From Pedobacter sp. (GTDB taxonomy: Bacteria > Desulfobacterota > Desulfuromonadia > Desulfuromonadales > Syntrophotaleaceae), in contig JBFWJC010000002.1 of NCBI GenBank assembly GCA_050253415.1, positions 1-64,000 on the forward strand: DNA of 64,000 nt. Reading direction: 5' to 3'. Position 1 is the first letter of the stretch, and every line of letters begins with the position of its first letter. Positions 18,922 to 28,247 of the stretch are shown here, piece by piece. The notes beneath the pieces were generated by a model that saw only the letters and a list, made by a program, of their open reading frames with translations, had not been told where the DNA came from and did not search any database. A program made the translations under genes and the position numbers.

Positions 18922-19341
18922 ATTAGGAACGTAAAAACGTTTCTAGGGATTTACCTGATCTTGCCCCACGGACTCTCAGAAACTAAACAATGTAGTTTAC
19001 TTGCAATTTACTTCAGCCGACCAAGAAGGTCAACAAAGTGTCGCGAAAGTTGTGTCGGCAACTCTGGTGGATAGAACTCGGTTGACTTACGACCTATCCT
19101 ACGGTGGGTGTCAGGGCATTTGTCGCCCCCGGCCCATCATGGGCATCGATCCTGTCTCACATGTTGTGTTGTTGATTTAAAATGTCGCCAGAGGTCAATG
19201 CTCTGGTATTCTTACTGATCCTGATTTTTTGAAAATTCGGGGGAGTGTCCCTATTTTTTGCAATAACAAAGACAGAATTTCGTGTAGGGCATGCCTCCCC
19301 GGACTTTCAGATGCTCAAATCAAGTAGCACCCCCAAAAAAA

Positions 19342-19371
19342 ACAGGGCCTGCAATTTTTTGCAGGCCCTGT
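19342..19371 (-). terminator. Rho-independent terminator downstream of the RelA/SpoT gene
   Basis: ACAGGGCCTGCAA-TTTT-TTGCAGGCCCTGT preceded by an A run (T tail on the minus strand). Confidence 0.65.
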
Positions 19372-19518
19372 CAAGGTTAAGCGTTTACCAGTTTAGTTTT
19401 CCAACTCTCAGCCGTCACCATTAGGTCTTTTCATGTATCCCTCCGTTTCAGCCTTTGTCTTGATAATACGACTTTTGCTAAACTTGTCAAGAATTTTATT
19501 ATAAATTATTTTAATTTA

Positions 19519-21258
19519 TTAAGCTCTCATCTCGTTACCTTCACGTATAATCGTTTCAATAATTTCATTATCACATAGTCCCTGCTGTAAAGAATTTTCC
19601 GCGAGAGGAATCAAGCGATCAAGTATCCTATTACGCTCTTCACACCTTCCTAGGTAGTCATAAGCTTTCGCCAAGGTATCAAGGGTATCAATGTCTTCGC
19701 TACTATCTATATCGAAACTTTCACTCAAATTATTTAGGTTTTTTTCTATAGAGTCAACTATGTCTTTTTTAATTTTTATGGCGCTATACATACTTTTGAC
19801 CTTAATCATATCTAGGGCATAATACAACAGGTTGTTATATAAATTATAGTTCCCATCATCATTTTCAAGACACTCCAAGGTTAAATAATAAGCCTTTTTA
19901 AGCATATTAACTTTCTTAATAGCATTTTTTACACAATCCAATTTTACTAATTCTGACTTATGCCAAAGATAATATCCGTATACCTTCGGAAGATATTTCT
20001 TGATGTGTTTATAATCAGATTCGGGTATTTCAACTGAATCTTCAAACCCCTTTTCTTCTATTTCTTTATATATACTATATGCTTCATTGCATTTTTTCAA
20101 AGATAGGTCTACAAGCCAATTTTGTCCATAAGCCTGGGCAAGTCTCATTTTGACTAGCAAAAAATCTGGGAAAATTTTTTCGATCTGCTCATATAAAATC
20201 AATGCGTCTTCTGCCTCTTTTTTTAAATTTGTTGACAAAAGACAAAAGGCATAATTCATACTCGAATAATAATAGAATAATTTTTTATCTTCATACTTAT
20301 CGTCAGCATATTTAAGATAAAGATCTTTGAATAATTTTCCAGACACAGAAAGTTTATCTATTTTTTCATTGTTTCTATCGGTAGAAAGGGACAATCCCTC
20401 CTCCCGTAAGCTCCTCGCTTCAACATATGTATCTATGTCACCCTGATCAATATTATGTTGTATAAAAAGATCAATAGTTTTTTGGTCAGATCCAACAGAT
20501 TTCAGTTTTAAATGGCCCACTTCTTCACAATTATCATCTAATATTTCAAGATGTATAGCATCAGCATATTCACCACAAGCATCAGAAAATTTCTTTAAAA
20601 TATCAAGGTGTCGAAGAATGCTATTTGGATTTCTTATTTTTAAATCACTATTTTTCCCTTTATTAAAGGAATAACCATACTTGTGGTCAACCTCTCCCCA
20701 TGCGTCTTCAAACACCGTCCTTATTTGTATCTCTACAGGTAAATAATATGTTTTTTCTTGAGAACTAAGTTTGTTAATTTTTTTATTAAGCCTTGCTACT
20801 ATATGAATGCTAGAATACTCACTACCTCTTTGCACGACGTTATAAATGCCATCTACTTCTAGATTTACTGATACATCCCTAAGCATTAAACCTATTTTAT
20901 CGTTAAATCGGTTTGAATAAAATATAAGTTCTTCTAGGCCATCCTTTTTAAAAGGATTAGGATCTAAACTGTTATTTCTAAGAACAATATTTAATAATTT
21001 TTCAAAGATATTTACCATATCAACACGAAATAAAGTTATCAGTCTTAGACCAATAACATCCGTGACATTTAGAATATCGTAATCAATTTTTCCTTCTTGT
21101 TTTTTTATAGATACCTTTTCAATCAATTTTTCTTCGGTTTTAACTCTTGTTTTATATGCATAACAGTCCGAAAGAACCCCGGCTTGTTTAAGTGCATTTA
21201 TTAGGAGTTCCTCTCCTTTTCGACCTTCGCTTTCAAGAAGCAACGCACTATATTCCAA
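19519..21258 (-). CDS. RelA/SpoT synthetase-domain protein with a long helical/TPR-like C-terminus
   Basis: RVKTEEKLIEK, TDVIGLR, YSSIHIV and EIQIRTVFEDAWGEVDHKYGY; TTG start after AAGGAG; visibly very AT-rich. Confidence 0.88.
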   Translation of the reverse strand: MEYSALLLESEGRKGEELLINALKQAGVLSDCYAYKTRVKTEEKLIEKVSIKKQEGKIDYDILNVTDVIGLRLITLFRVDMVNIFEKLLNIVLRNNSLDPNPFKKDGLEELIFYSNRFNDKIGLMLRDVSVNLEVDGIYNVVQRGSEYSSIHIVARLNKKINKLSSQEKTYYLPVEIQIRTVFEDAWGEVDHKYGYSFNKGKNSDLKIRNPNSILRHLDILKKFSDACGEYADAIHLEILDDNCEEVGHLKLKSVGSDQKTIDLFIQHNIDQGDIDTYVEARSLREEGLSLSTDRNNEKIDKLSVSGKLFKDLYLKYADDKYEDKKLFYYYSSMNYAFCLLSTNLKKEAEDALILYEQIEKIFPDFLLVKMRLAQAYGQNWLVDLSLKKCNEAYSIYKEIEEKGFEDSVEIPESDYKHIKKYLPKVYGYYLWHKSELVKLDCVKNAIKKVNMLKKAYYLTLECLENDDGNYNLYNNLLYYALDMIKVKSMYSAIKIKKDIVDSIEKNLNNLSESFDIDSSEDIDTLDTLAKAYDYLGRCEERNRILDRLIPLAENSLQQGLCDNEIIETIIREGNEMRA

Positions 21259-21285
21259 TTGATTCTCTCCTTTTTACAAACTTTC

Positions 21286-21579
21286 CTAAATTTGATAACA
21301 AAAAACCTGAGTTGGCTGCTCAGACTGAAGATCCGAGGGAAAAGAGGACTCTTCCCGATTTTTAATCGTTTCCCCATCCTTAGGTTTATAAAATCCTGGA
21401 GGCGTCCCCAGTTTCCTGAAAAAATAAATAAACCGCCAGTCGGCTAATGCCGATCTAACGGTGCGGATTTCGATTCCTAAAATTTTCGGTGATTTTGATT
21501 CGTCCAACCACGTCCACCCTCCTGAAAACCCACCAAAATAAGAAGAACTAAATGTATAGCATTTAAAACCAAGGGTCAA
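21286..21579 (-). CDS. Hypothetical protein or gene fragment upstream of the RelA/SpoT gene
   Basis: 97-aa ORF ending 27 bp before the next co-directional gene; no recognised motif. Confidence 0.25.
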   Translation of the reverse strand: MTLGFKCYTFSSSYFGGFSGGWTWLDESKSPKILGIEIRTVRSALADWRFIYFFRKLGTPPGFYKPKDGETIKNREESSFPSDLQSEQPTQVFCYQI

Positions 21580-21949
21580 GTTTATCGGCTTTCCAATAAG
21601 TTATCTCGGATTGCTTTTCGGTCGATCAAACGAATATGGGCGGGTCTTCTAACAACTCCTGATCAATAGGAAAGGCCCTCCGATTTTCCTGGCGGGCCTT
21701 TCGCGTTTGGTGAGTGGTGATTTGTCTGGGATGTAGGGATCCCTAGTACCTACCATCGTTCGATAATGCGCAAATAGGAGGACAGACCTGCCTGTATAGT
21801 GAGTGCGGCCTGGTGACGCATTAATGCTCGCGCCCTGGAAGGACAGGTCGGATTCATGAATAAACTCCCTATTTTCTCCAAAATAATTGAAATAATGATG
21901 AATTTTTGCGATTCTTCTCAAAAGAAGAAATGCGCTGAAAAATGGATAG

Positions 21950-22032
21950 GCAACACAAGTGTTGCAAACCTCCCCCTCCAAATAAAGCAACTTATTTGTT
22001 GCATATTTGAAATAAAGAAACTTATGTGTTTC
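21950..22032. promoter_or_regulatory. Three 16-bp palindromic operators upstream of the XRE gene
   Basis: GCAAC-ACAAGT-GTTGC (21950), GCAAC-TTATTT-GTTGC (21987), GAAAC-TTATGT-GTTTC (22017). Confidence 0.7.
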
Positions 22033-22063
22033 GTTTAGCACAAAAAGCAATAAAGGAGTTTCT

Positions 22064-22354
22064 ATGGAAAAATCTCTGCTGCAGCAGATCAAAAAAAGAC
22101 GATTGATGCTGGGTTTCAAGCAACACGATATGATGATGCGCATCGGCGTATCCCGTCAGCAATACCAACGTTTGGAGGCCAAGGGCAATCCGCAACTAAG
22201 TACACTGGAACTGATTGCTGAAGGCCTTAACAGCGAACTAATGCTTATTCCCAAAGAAAAAGCGCTGGCCGTGATAGCTGTGCTTGAAGGGGCGCAGGAA
22301 AGGAAAAACCTGTCTGACGACCCGTGGCAGGGCATCCTTGATGATGCTCTATGA
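22064..22354 (+). CDS. XRE-family HTH regulator (HipB-like antitoxin)
   Basis: IKKRRLMLGFKQHDM...GVSRQQYQRLE..GNPQLSTL; RBS AAGGAG; acidic DDPW tail. Confidence 0.85.
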   Translation: MEKSLLQQIKKRRLMLGFKQHDMMMRIGVSRQQYQRLEAKGNPQLSTLELIAEGLNSELMLIPKEKALAVIAVLEGAQERKNLSDDPWQGILDDAL

Positions 22355-22446
22355 GCTATCACGATAGATGTTTTGACCGGGCAAGTTTCGCAACCTTAGT
22401 TACGCATAACTTGTTGCGCCATCGGATCAGACCGGGTGCTGAAATT

Positions 22447-22583
22447 CCTGCAAGCCAGGACATTGCCAGGATTCAATCAGAATTGGTGGAGGGTTTTGAG
22501 CCAAGAAGCCCCGGCGGGTCTAGAGCAATAACAATTGGCGGTTTTGGTGTCAGAAACCTTGGTGGTTTTCATAAGAATATGCA
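22447..22583 (+). repeat. IS21-like terminal sequence, copy 1 of a 137-bp direct repeat
   Basis: Internal sub-repeats of about 25 bp (TGGxGGxTTT...AGAA), ending AGAATATGCA; close copy at 24878-25014. Confidence 0.7.
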
Positions 22584-22830
22584 CTTTGTGCGCAACCGGA
22601 GCCGACCCCCAGGCCCTTGATTGCATTTCCGTCTGTTTTTCGTTGTGTGACCCTGGACTCTTAGTCATATTTTTTCGGTGAATTTTTCATTTTTTCATTT
22701 CATACAGAAAACGATGTAAAATCATATTGTTGTCCTTTAGACCTCGAAAGTAAACCCCTTGCCTTAAGTCTGAGGGTAGCAAAGGTCGCGACATGGACCA
22801 CCTTATGGTTATAGAGAGTTCCAAGCTTTC

Positions 22831-23541
22831 TTAGAATTGATCTCTGTCGAGGTAACGGCGTACGGCCAAAATACCTTCTTTTTTCATCACATCAAGAGGT
22901 GTCGCACCGTCAAAATGTCGATTGGACTGGGTAACCCAGCGATAGGCCAAATCAATGTTGTGCGGAAAGGTGATGCGCAGGGATTTATGTATGCCGAGAA
23001 GATGTCCCGCCCTTTCAAATAGATCCTGACTATCATCAAACGGGGCTCCGTTGCGATATTTGGAAAGGGAGTCAACGGACAAGCCGAGCAATGCGGCCTG
23101 ATCTCTGGTGTCCAACTGCCAGAGATCAAAAAGTTGGAACACTATCTTTGCCAGTCTTTGTCGGCCCTCGGATTCATGCAAATCGACTTTAAAGTGACCA
23201 TTTAGCGTGATATCCTCATCAATTTCGCGATTGATTTTTTCGAGACAATACTCAGCAAAGCCACTTTTCTCGCCTTCTATAAGCGCCTTGCGCAAGGCCT
23301 CCTTTTTGGCAACATCCTGGAGGATGATCGATGCGAGTATTGTTATCCCCTCGTCTCTGACATGCAGGACCTCCCCTTCCGTAACTTGAGAGGTATCAAG
23401 GTCTTCAGCAGAATATCGATAGACACGCAAGGGGTTTTCCCTATCCCCATCCGGCGATTTAGCATTGTGGCCTGTAACACGCAGAACCTCCTTGATGGTA
23501 CCTAAGGGGTTCTGTATTTTGATGCTGATTTCAAAAGGCAT
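22831..23541 (-). CDS. Antitoxin-like protein: Xre/MbcA/ParS-type C-terminal half with a ParD-like internal segment
   Basis: LFDLWQL...QAALLG...ERAGHLLGIHKSLRITFP...RWVTQSNRHFDGATPLDVM...VRRYLD; internal ALRKALIEGEKSG. Confidence 0.75.
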   Translation of the reverse strand: MPFEISIKIQNPLGTIKEVLRVTGHNAKSPDGDRENPLRVYRYSAEDLDTSQVTEGEVLHVRDEGITILASIILQDVAKKEALRKALIEGEKSGFAEYCLEKINREIDEDITLNGHFKVDLHESEGRQRLAKIVFQLFDLWQLDTRDQAALLGLSVDSLSKYRNGAPFDDSQDLFERAGHLLGIHKSLRITFPHNIDLAYRWVTQSNRHFDGATPLDVMKKEGILAVRRYLDRDQF

Positions 23542-23734
23542 AACGTTACTCCACCGATTCGTCTCCCACTGAAGAATTATGTTTGGTTAGTGCAGGAGCA
23601 ATCATGCTCCTCGAGCGTAACGCCCTTCGCATTAACACTGACACCGTAACTGCAATATTTCATAATATACTCGGGAGTGCCTACGAAACTAGTGGCGATC
23701 CAAAAGAGTCACAACGGGCGGAAATACGGAGCCT

Positions 23735-24765
23735 CTAGGAGTGATTCCACAATTGGTTAAAAATCGCATGATTACAGTTGGTTGTCATGGCTTGCGGCCT
23801 TGCCATGGTACCTAGGTCTGATTCCACGATTGCCGGGGGCGGGCAGATCGGCCGGAAGGAACGAACCCCTAGGTTTAGTTCCCCAATTGGCGCAAAACGC
23901 CATGATTACGATGAGTTATCCTGCTTGATGGACCTATGCCAGTACCTAGGTCTGATTCCACGATTGGCGGGGATCGTTGCTCGGGCCAGAGTGCCGGAGC
24001 CCTAGGAGTGATTCCACGATTGGTGGAAAAGCCCATAATTACAGTTGGTTATCATAGCTTGCGGCCTTGCCATGGTACCTAGGTCTGATTCCACGATTGC
24101 CGGGGGCGGGCAGATCGGCCGGAAGGAACGAACCCCTAGGTTTAGTTCCCCGATTGGCGCAAAACGCCATGATTACGATGAGTTATCCTGCTTGATGGAC
24201 CTATGCCAGTACCTAGGTCTGATTCCACGATTGCCGGGGGCGGGCAGATCGGCCGGAAGGAACGAACCCCTAGGTTTAGTTCCCCGATTGGCGCAAAACG
24301 CCATGATTACGATGAGTTATCCTGCTTAATGGCCCTATGCCAGTGCCTAGGTTTGGTTCCACGATTGGCAGAGAGCTTCACCTTGGTCGGAAGTGCGGAC
24401 TATTAAGGAGTGGTTCCATGATTGGCGAGAAACGTCATGATTACGGCTAGTTGCATGATTTGAGCAAATTTTCGCTATCTAGGTCTGATTCCACGATTGG
24501 CAGGGATCGCCATCCTGCCCGGAAGCGCGGGCTATTGAGGAGTGATCCCACGATTTGCGAGAAAAGCCATGATTACGGCGAGTTGCGCGATCTCAACAAT
24601 TGCCAAGCTATCTAGGTTTGATTCCCCGATTGCCGTGGGCGCCAGATCGGCCGGAAGGAAAGGACCCCTAGGTTTAATTCCACGATTGGCGAGAAGCGGT
24701 ATGATTACAGCAAGTTGCACGTGTTGAAGGGGGTTATTCTCTATCTAGGTCTGATTCCACGATTG
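23735..24765 (+). repeat. Non-coding array: 16 copies of a 21-bp box at alternating ~77/~57-bp spacing (~134-bp higher-order unit)
   Basis: Consensus CTAGGTCTGATTCCACGATTG starting at 23735, 23812, 23869, 23946, 24002, 24079, 24136, 24213, 24270, 24347, 24404, 24479, 24536, 24612, 24668 and 24745. Confidence 0.95.
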
Positions 24766-24877
24766 CATCGCCCCGATTTCCCCAAAACTATTGGCCTATG
24801 GTTAGAATATGTCTCGGAAGTTGTCCTGGATAAATTAAAACTTTCATTTTGGGGTAAAACCTTGGGGGCTCACAACC

Positions 24878-25014
24878 CCTGCAACCCAGGACATTGCCAG
24901 AATTTTATCAGAATTGGTGGAGGGTTTTGAGCCAAGAAGTTCCGGCGGGTTTAGAGCAATCACAAGTGGCGGGTTTGGTGTCAGAATCCCTGGCGGTTTT
25001 CATCAGAATATGTA
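24878..25014 (+). repeat. IS21-like terminal sequence, copy 2 of the 137-bp direct repeat
   Basis: CCTGCAACCCAGGACATTGCCAG...TGGCGGTTTTCATCAGAATATGTA. Confidence 0.7.
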
Positions 25015-25083
25015 GCATAGGGGCTTTGCTTTTCTATAGAGCATATTCCCGCTACCCAACTTTATGCGCAAACCCTACGAACA

Positions 25084-25524
25084 CTATTTACCCAATAACT
25101 GTAGAATGGCCAAGTGCCCTCTCACCGTTTTGAGCTCTTCCTTCAGCTCATCGACTTTTTTTTCCGCATTCTGTCGCTTGCGTACCTCTTCATTCTTGTC
25201 AGCTATTGCTTTGTGCCACTTCTTTTTATACCTATCTCGGTCTTCCTGAATTTTTACATATTCCTCCCTGGTAATGGTCTCGCCAGGTGCGGGGATTTTG
25301 AGGTGCTTCTGCTTCCCCCACTTAAGTTCCTTTAGCTCTTCTTTGACGTGGCCTTTGTAGAGGAGCGACTGTGTCGACAAACCTACTTCTTCTAATGAAG
25401 CTGGCGTCTCAGGGAGCCCGAGTTCACGCACAGCAGCAACTAATTCCCGTATCTCCTTCCGTGTTTCTTGTCTTTGTGCTTCCCAACGCTTTTCAAGGTG
25501 TTCAGGTTTTTGTCCTTTGCCCAT
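25084..25524 (-). CDS. Small basic coiled-coil protein, last gene of the recombinase operon (TnpC/GinD-like by architecture)
   Basis: RBS AGGAGG; MGKGQKPEHL...; possible HTH followed by a C-terminal coiled coil. Confidence 0.7.
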   Translation of the reverse strand: MGKGQKPEHLEKRWEAQRQETRKEIRELVAAVRELGLPETPASLEEVGLSTQSLLYKGHVKEELKELKWGKQKHLKIPAPGETITREEYVKIQEDRDRYKKKWHKAIADKNEEVRKRQNAEKKVDELKEELKTVRGHLAILQLLGK

Positions 25525-25535
25525 AACAGCCCTCC

Positions 25536-27722
25536 TTACGCGGCAAGAGCAGAATCCAAACAAAAGCCAACATTCAACATGTCTGCCCTTGGAGACCTCT
25601 TTACAGCACTATCAAAATGACTTCGATTTCCGATAAGCACAACTTGTACTCGGGCGCGTGTAATTGCAGTGTAAATTAGACTGCGATCTAAATGTCCATA
25701 ATCAAACACAGGGATTATTATGCGGTCAAACTCGCTTCCCTGAGACTTGTGAACCGTTATTCCATATGCCAACTCAATCCCTGACTCAGAGATTTCATCG
25801 TCTGTCATGGAGTATTCTTTGCCGTCAAACTCAAAAACAGGTTTCCGCCCATCCAGATGCTTTAAGACACCCAGAGTGCCATTGTAAAGCTCTAGCTCTT
25901 GATTGTTTCTGGTAACGATAACCGGGTCATTGACATACATCTTCCAGCGCACCAGTTCCATTTGTTTCTGGGCATCATTGTGGCCAAACTGAAAATAGCT
26001 GTTAATTCGATTTGTTGAGTCTTTGCCCTTGCGCTTTCGAGCAGAAAGTATCTGGCAATCATGTTTCAATTCTTTGCTGACACGGAACAGTTCTTTAACT
26101 ACCAAGTCTTCCTCACAGTCCAAAAAGAAGACCCCATCCGCCGGACCTACATAATCAGGCAAGGTCTGCATCTCTTTATTGCGAACCTTTTGCGCGACAA
26201 GAGGAATCTCGGTAAGACCTCCACGAACGACGACATCGAGATTAACGCGACGTATAGCCTTAGATGTGCATAGACGGTGAAACACCAGCCCGAACCCGAT
26301 AGGGGGCAACTGCGCCGGGTCGCCAACCATAAGAAGGCGGTAGTGTTTGGGGAGGGAGCGCAGTAGTCTGTGAAATAGGGCTAAGTCAACCATGCTCGCT
26401 TCATCGATAATTATCAACGGGTTTGGCTCAAGAGTGATTGCCTTCGGGTCATCTGGAGACTCTAGCCCCAGATTGATCTTGTGGATAAAGGCATGAATCG
26501 TGTGAGCTGGGCGACCTGTCGTTTTGCGCAAATGCTCCTTCGCGCGACCTGAGAGCGCCATCTGATAAACGGTCTGACCGAGGGCAGTGGCAACGCTATG
26601 AACCCCCTTCATGATAGTGGTCTTGCCTGTGCCTGCACCTCCAGTGATTATTGAAAGGTTGGACGTAGTCGCAACCTCTATAGCCTCCTTCTGGCTGGGT
26701 TTGAGGCGGCTCTCCTTTTCGCTATAGAAGGTGTCATCATAGCGGGCGACCAGTTTTCGTAATTGCTCAAAATCTTTAGAAAACAAGCTTGTCTGGCTTT
26801 GGCTGTGGTCTCGTCTCACCAGTTCGACCAAATCCTTTTCGATGTATGCTTCCATGGCGGCCGGTCCTATGCCCTGAATGTTGGAGGAGCCGAGCTGCAC
26901 GATAGCATTTTTTCCAGCAGCCGCCCTAATCGCGTCATCGGCGAGCTTGTTACTAGAGCTGCCTAGTAGGGTCTTTATCCTCTCTCTTAGGGCAGGCAAT
27001 TCTGTGCTTGTGTGCCCCTCTTCCAAGCGGTCATAGATTGCTTGTTCGACGGCTGCTGCAAGCCTCTTTTTATCATTTTTGCCGAAACCCAGCTTAGCGG
27101 CACTCTCATCTGCTGCCTTCCATAGACTCCTTCTACCAAAGCCAAATGCAATAAGCCGATAAGGGTTATCCCTCAACCGCTCTTCTGCATTGTTGCCATA
27201 AATCTTTATGATCGTGTTGGCTAGGCCACGGTCAAATCCGTACTTTTCAAGAAAGTTAAGGGTGCCAGTTTCCGCTGAGACCCTATGCCACGCACCGAGC
27301 AGAGATTCAGCGACATTTGTCGTTAGAATCGAGGACAGAAGCAGTAAGTCTTTGTCGTTTAAAGCTTTGAGCAAAGAGGGGCCTTCGAGACCATTTGCCT
27401 TTAGCTGGTCCATCTTTTTCTTGCCGAAACCAAATCCTCTGAACTCAGGATGTTCAAGAAGAAATCGGCGGAGAAGGCCAGTTTCACTCGGGACAACTGG
27501 AGTCGCACTTTTGCAATGAATTGTGTCCGGATATTTAGAATGTGGCTTACGTTCACCCTTGACACGCCAGGTCTCGCCTATTTGTGGGATGCGGTAAAGC
27601 CACTTCATGTCCACCTTGGCGCTGAAGTCGAAACCGTCCGCACACTTGCCGAAAAAAACTGCCCCGCCTAATGGTCCGGCTTCCACATGCTCTACCTGAA
27701 AGGTTGCTTCAACAGCACACAT
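25536..27722 (-). CDS. RecD2-like SF1B DNA helicase
   Basis: GGAGTGKT, IIDEASM, GDPAQLPPIG, YGITVHKSQGSEFD, YTAITRAR; N-terminal HhH region with DNPYRL. Confidence 0.93.
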   Translation of the reverse strand: MCAVEATFQVEHVEAGPLGGAVFFGKCADGFDFSAKVDMKWLYRIPQIGETWRVKGERKPHSKYPDTIHCKSATPVVPSETGLLRRFLLEHPEFRGFGFGKKKMDQLKANGLEGPSLLKALNDKDLLLLSSILTTNVAESLLGAWHRVSAETGTLNFLEKYGFDRGLANTIIKIYGNNAEERLRDNPYRLIAFGFGRRSLWKAADESAAKLGFGKNDKKRLAAAVEQAIYDRLEEGHTSTELPALRERIKTLLGSSSNKLADDAIRAAAGKNAIVQLGSSNIQGIGPAAMEAYIEKDLVELVRRDHSQSQTSLFSKDFEQLRKLVARYDDTFYSEKESRLKPSQKEAIEVATTSNLSIITGGAGTGKTTIMKGVHSVATALGQTVYQMALSGRAKEHLRKTTGRPAHTIHAFIHKINLGLESPDDPKAITLEPNPLIIIDEASMVDLALFHRLLRSLPKHYRLLMVGDPAQLPPIGFGLVFHRLCTSKAIRRVNLDVVVRGGLTEIPLVAQKVRNKEMQTLPDYVGPADGVFFLDCEEDLVVKELFRVSKELKHDCQILSARKRKGKDSTNRINSYFQFGHNDAQKQMELVRWKMYVNDPVIVTRNNQELELYNGTLGVLKHLDGRKPVFEFDGKEYSMTDDEISESGIELAYGITVHKSQGSEFDRIIIPVFDYGHLDRSLIYTAITRARVQVVLIGNRSHFDSAVKRSPRADMLNVGFCLDSALAA

Positions 27723-27731
27723 ATCTGCTCC

Positions 27732-28247
27732 TTAGAGAATGGTCCTGCGCCCCGTTTCAAAGAGATGATCAAGGGCTGTTTTTTCGCTCCGATACCTAGC
27801 TTTCAGCTTCCTCTTACAACTTTCCAGTTCAGCTTCGAGGGTCTCTTTTTCCTGAGTGAGACGGTAAATGGTTTCCTGATATGCGCTTATAGTTGCGTCT
27901 TTCTCGGCGTCACTATTCTTAATGTCACTGTCCGCCTTTACCACCTCACATCCAACCTCAGCGATATCGTCATCGATGCGGCATTTGATGTATCTGTTTT
28001 TATAAAGTCGTCCTCGGTCAACCCCGACGGCGCCTGCAATGGCTGCAATATTGGCTGAACCTGTGTTCCTTGCCGCCGGAAACCTTTGCCCGGAAGATTT
28101 CAACTCCTCGACATAGTCCAACCACCAAAGGTACTGAATAATTGCCACTTCGGAGTTGTTGCCGCACGTCACCTCCTTCATTGCATTTTTGTCCCCACGC
28201 TTTATCTTGCGATACTCTGGATTGATAGATTCAGGGACCTCATACAT
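27732..28247 (-). CDS. Small HTH/coiled-coil accessory protein (TnpC/GinD-like)
   Basis: ANIAAIAGAVGVDRGRLYKN HTH-like segment plus a coiled coil; overlaps the upstream recombinase stop. Confidence 0.7.
   Translation of the reverse strand: MYEVPESINPEYRKIKRGDKNAMKEVTCGNNSEVAIIQYLWWLDYVEELKSSGQRFPAARNTGSANIAAIAGAVGVDRGRLYKNRYIKCRIDDDIAEVGCEVVKADSDIKNSDAEKDATISAYQETIYRLTQEKETLEAELESCKRKLKARYRSEKTALDHLFETGRRTIL

Noticed and set aside
19380..19500. Possible left end of the pncB-inserted element
   Set aside because: The CATG here is not flanked by PncB-coding sequence (it reads HEKT*) and lacks the TTCACAATAAA motifs
22351..22620. 89-aa ORF as a HipA toxin
   Set aside because: No kinase motifs; mostly a translation of the IS21-like repeat
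23778..24727. Short ORFs within the array
   Set aside because: They are by-products of the repeat; the 134-bp period shifts the frame and no RBS is evident
23735..24765. CRISPR array
   Set aside because: Spacers alternate between about 56 and 36 bp, resemble each other and are duplicated; the repeat is degenerate; no cas genes are present
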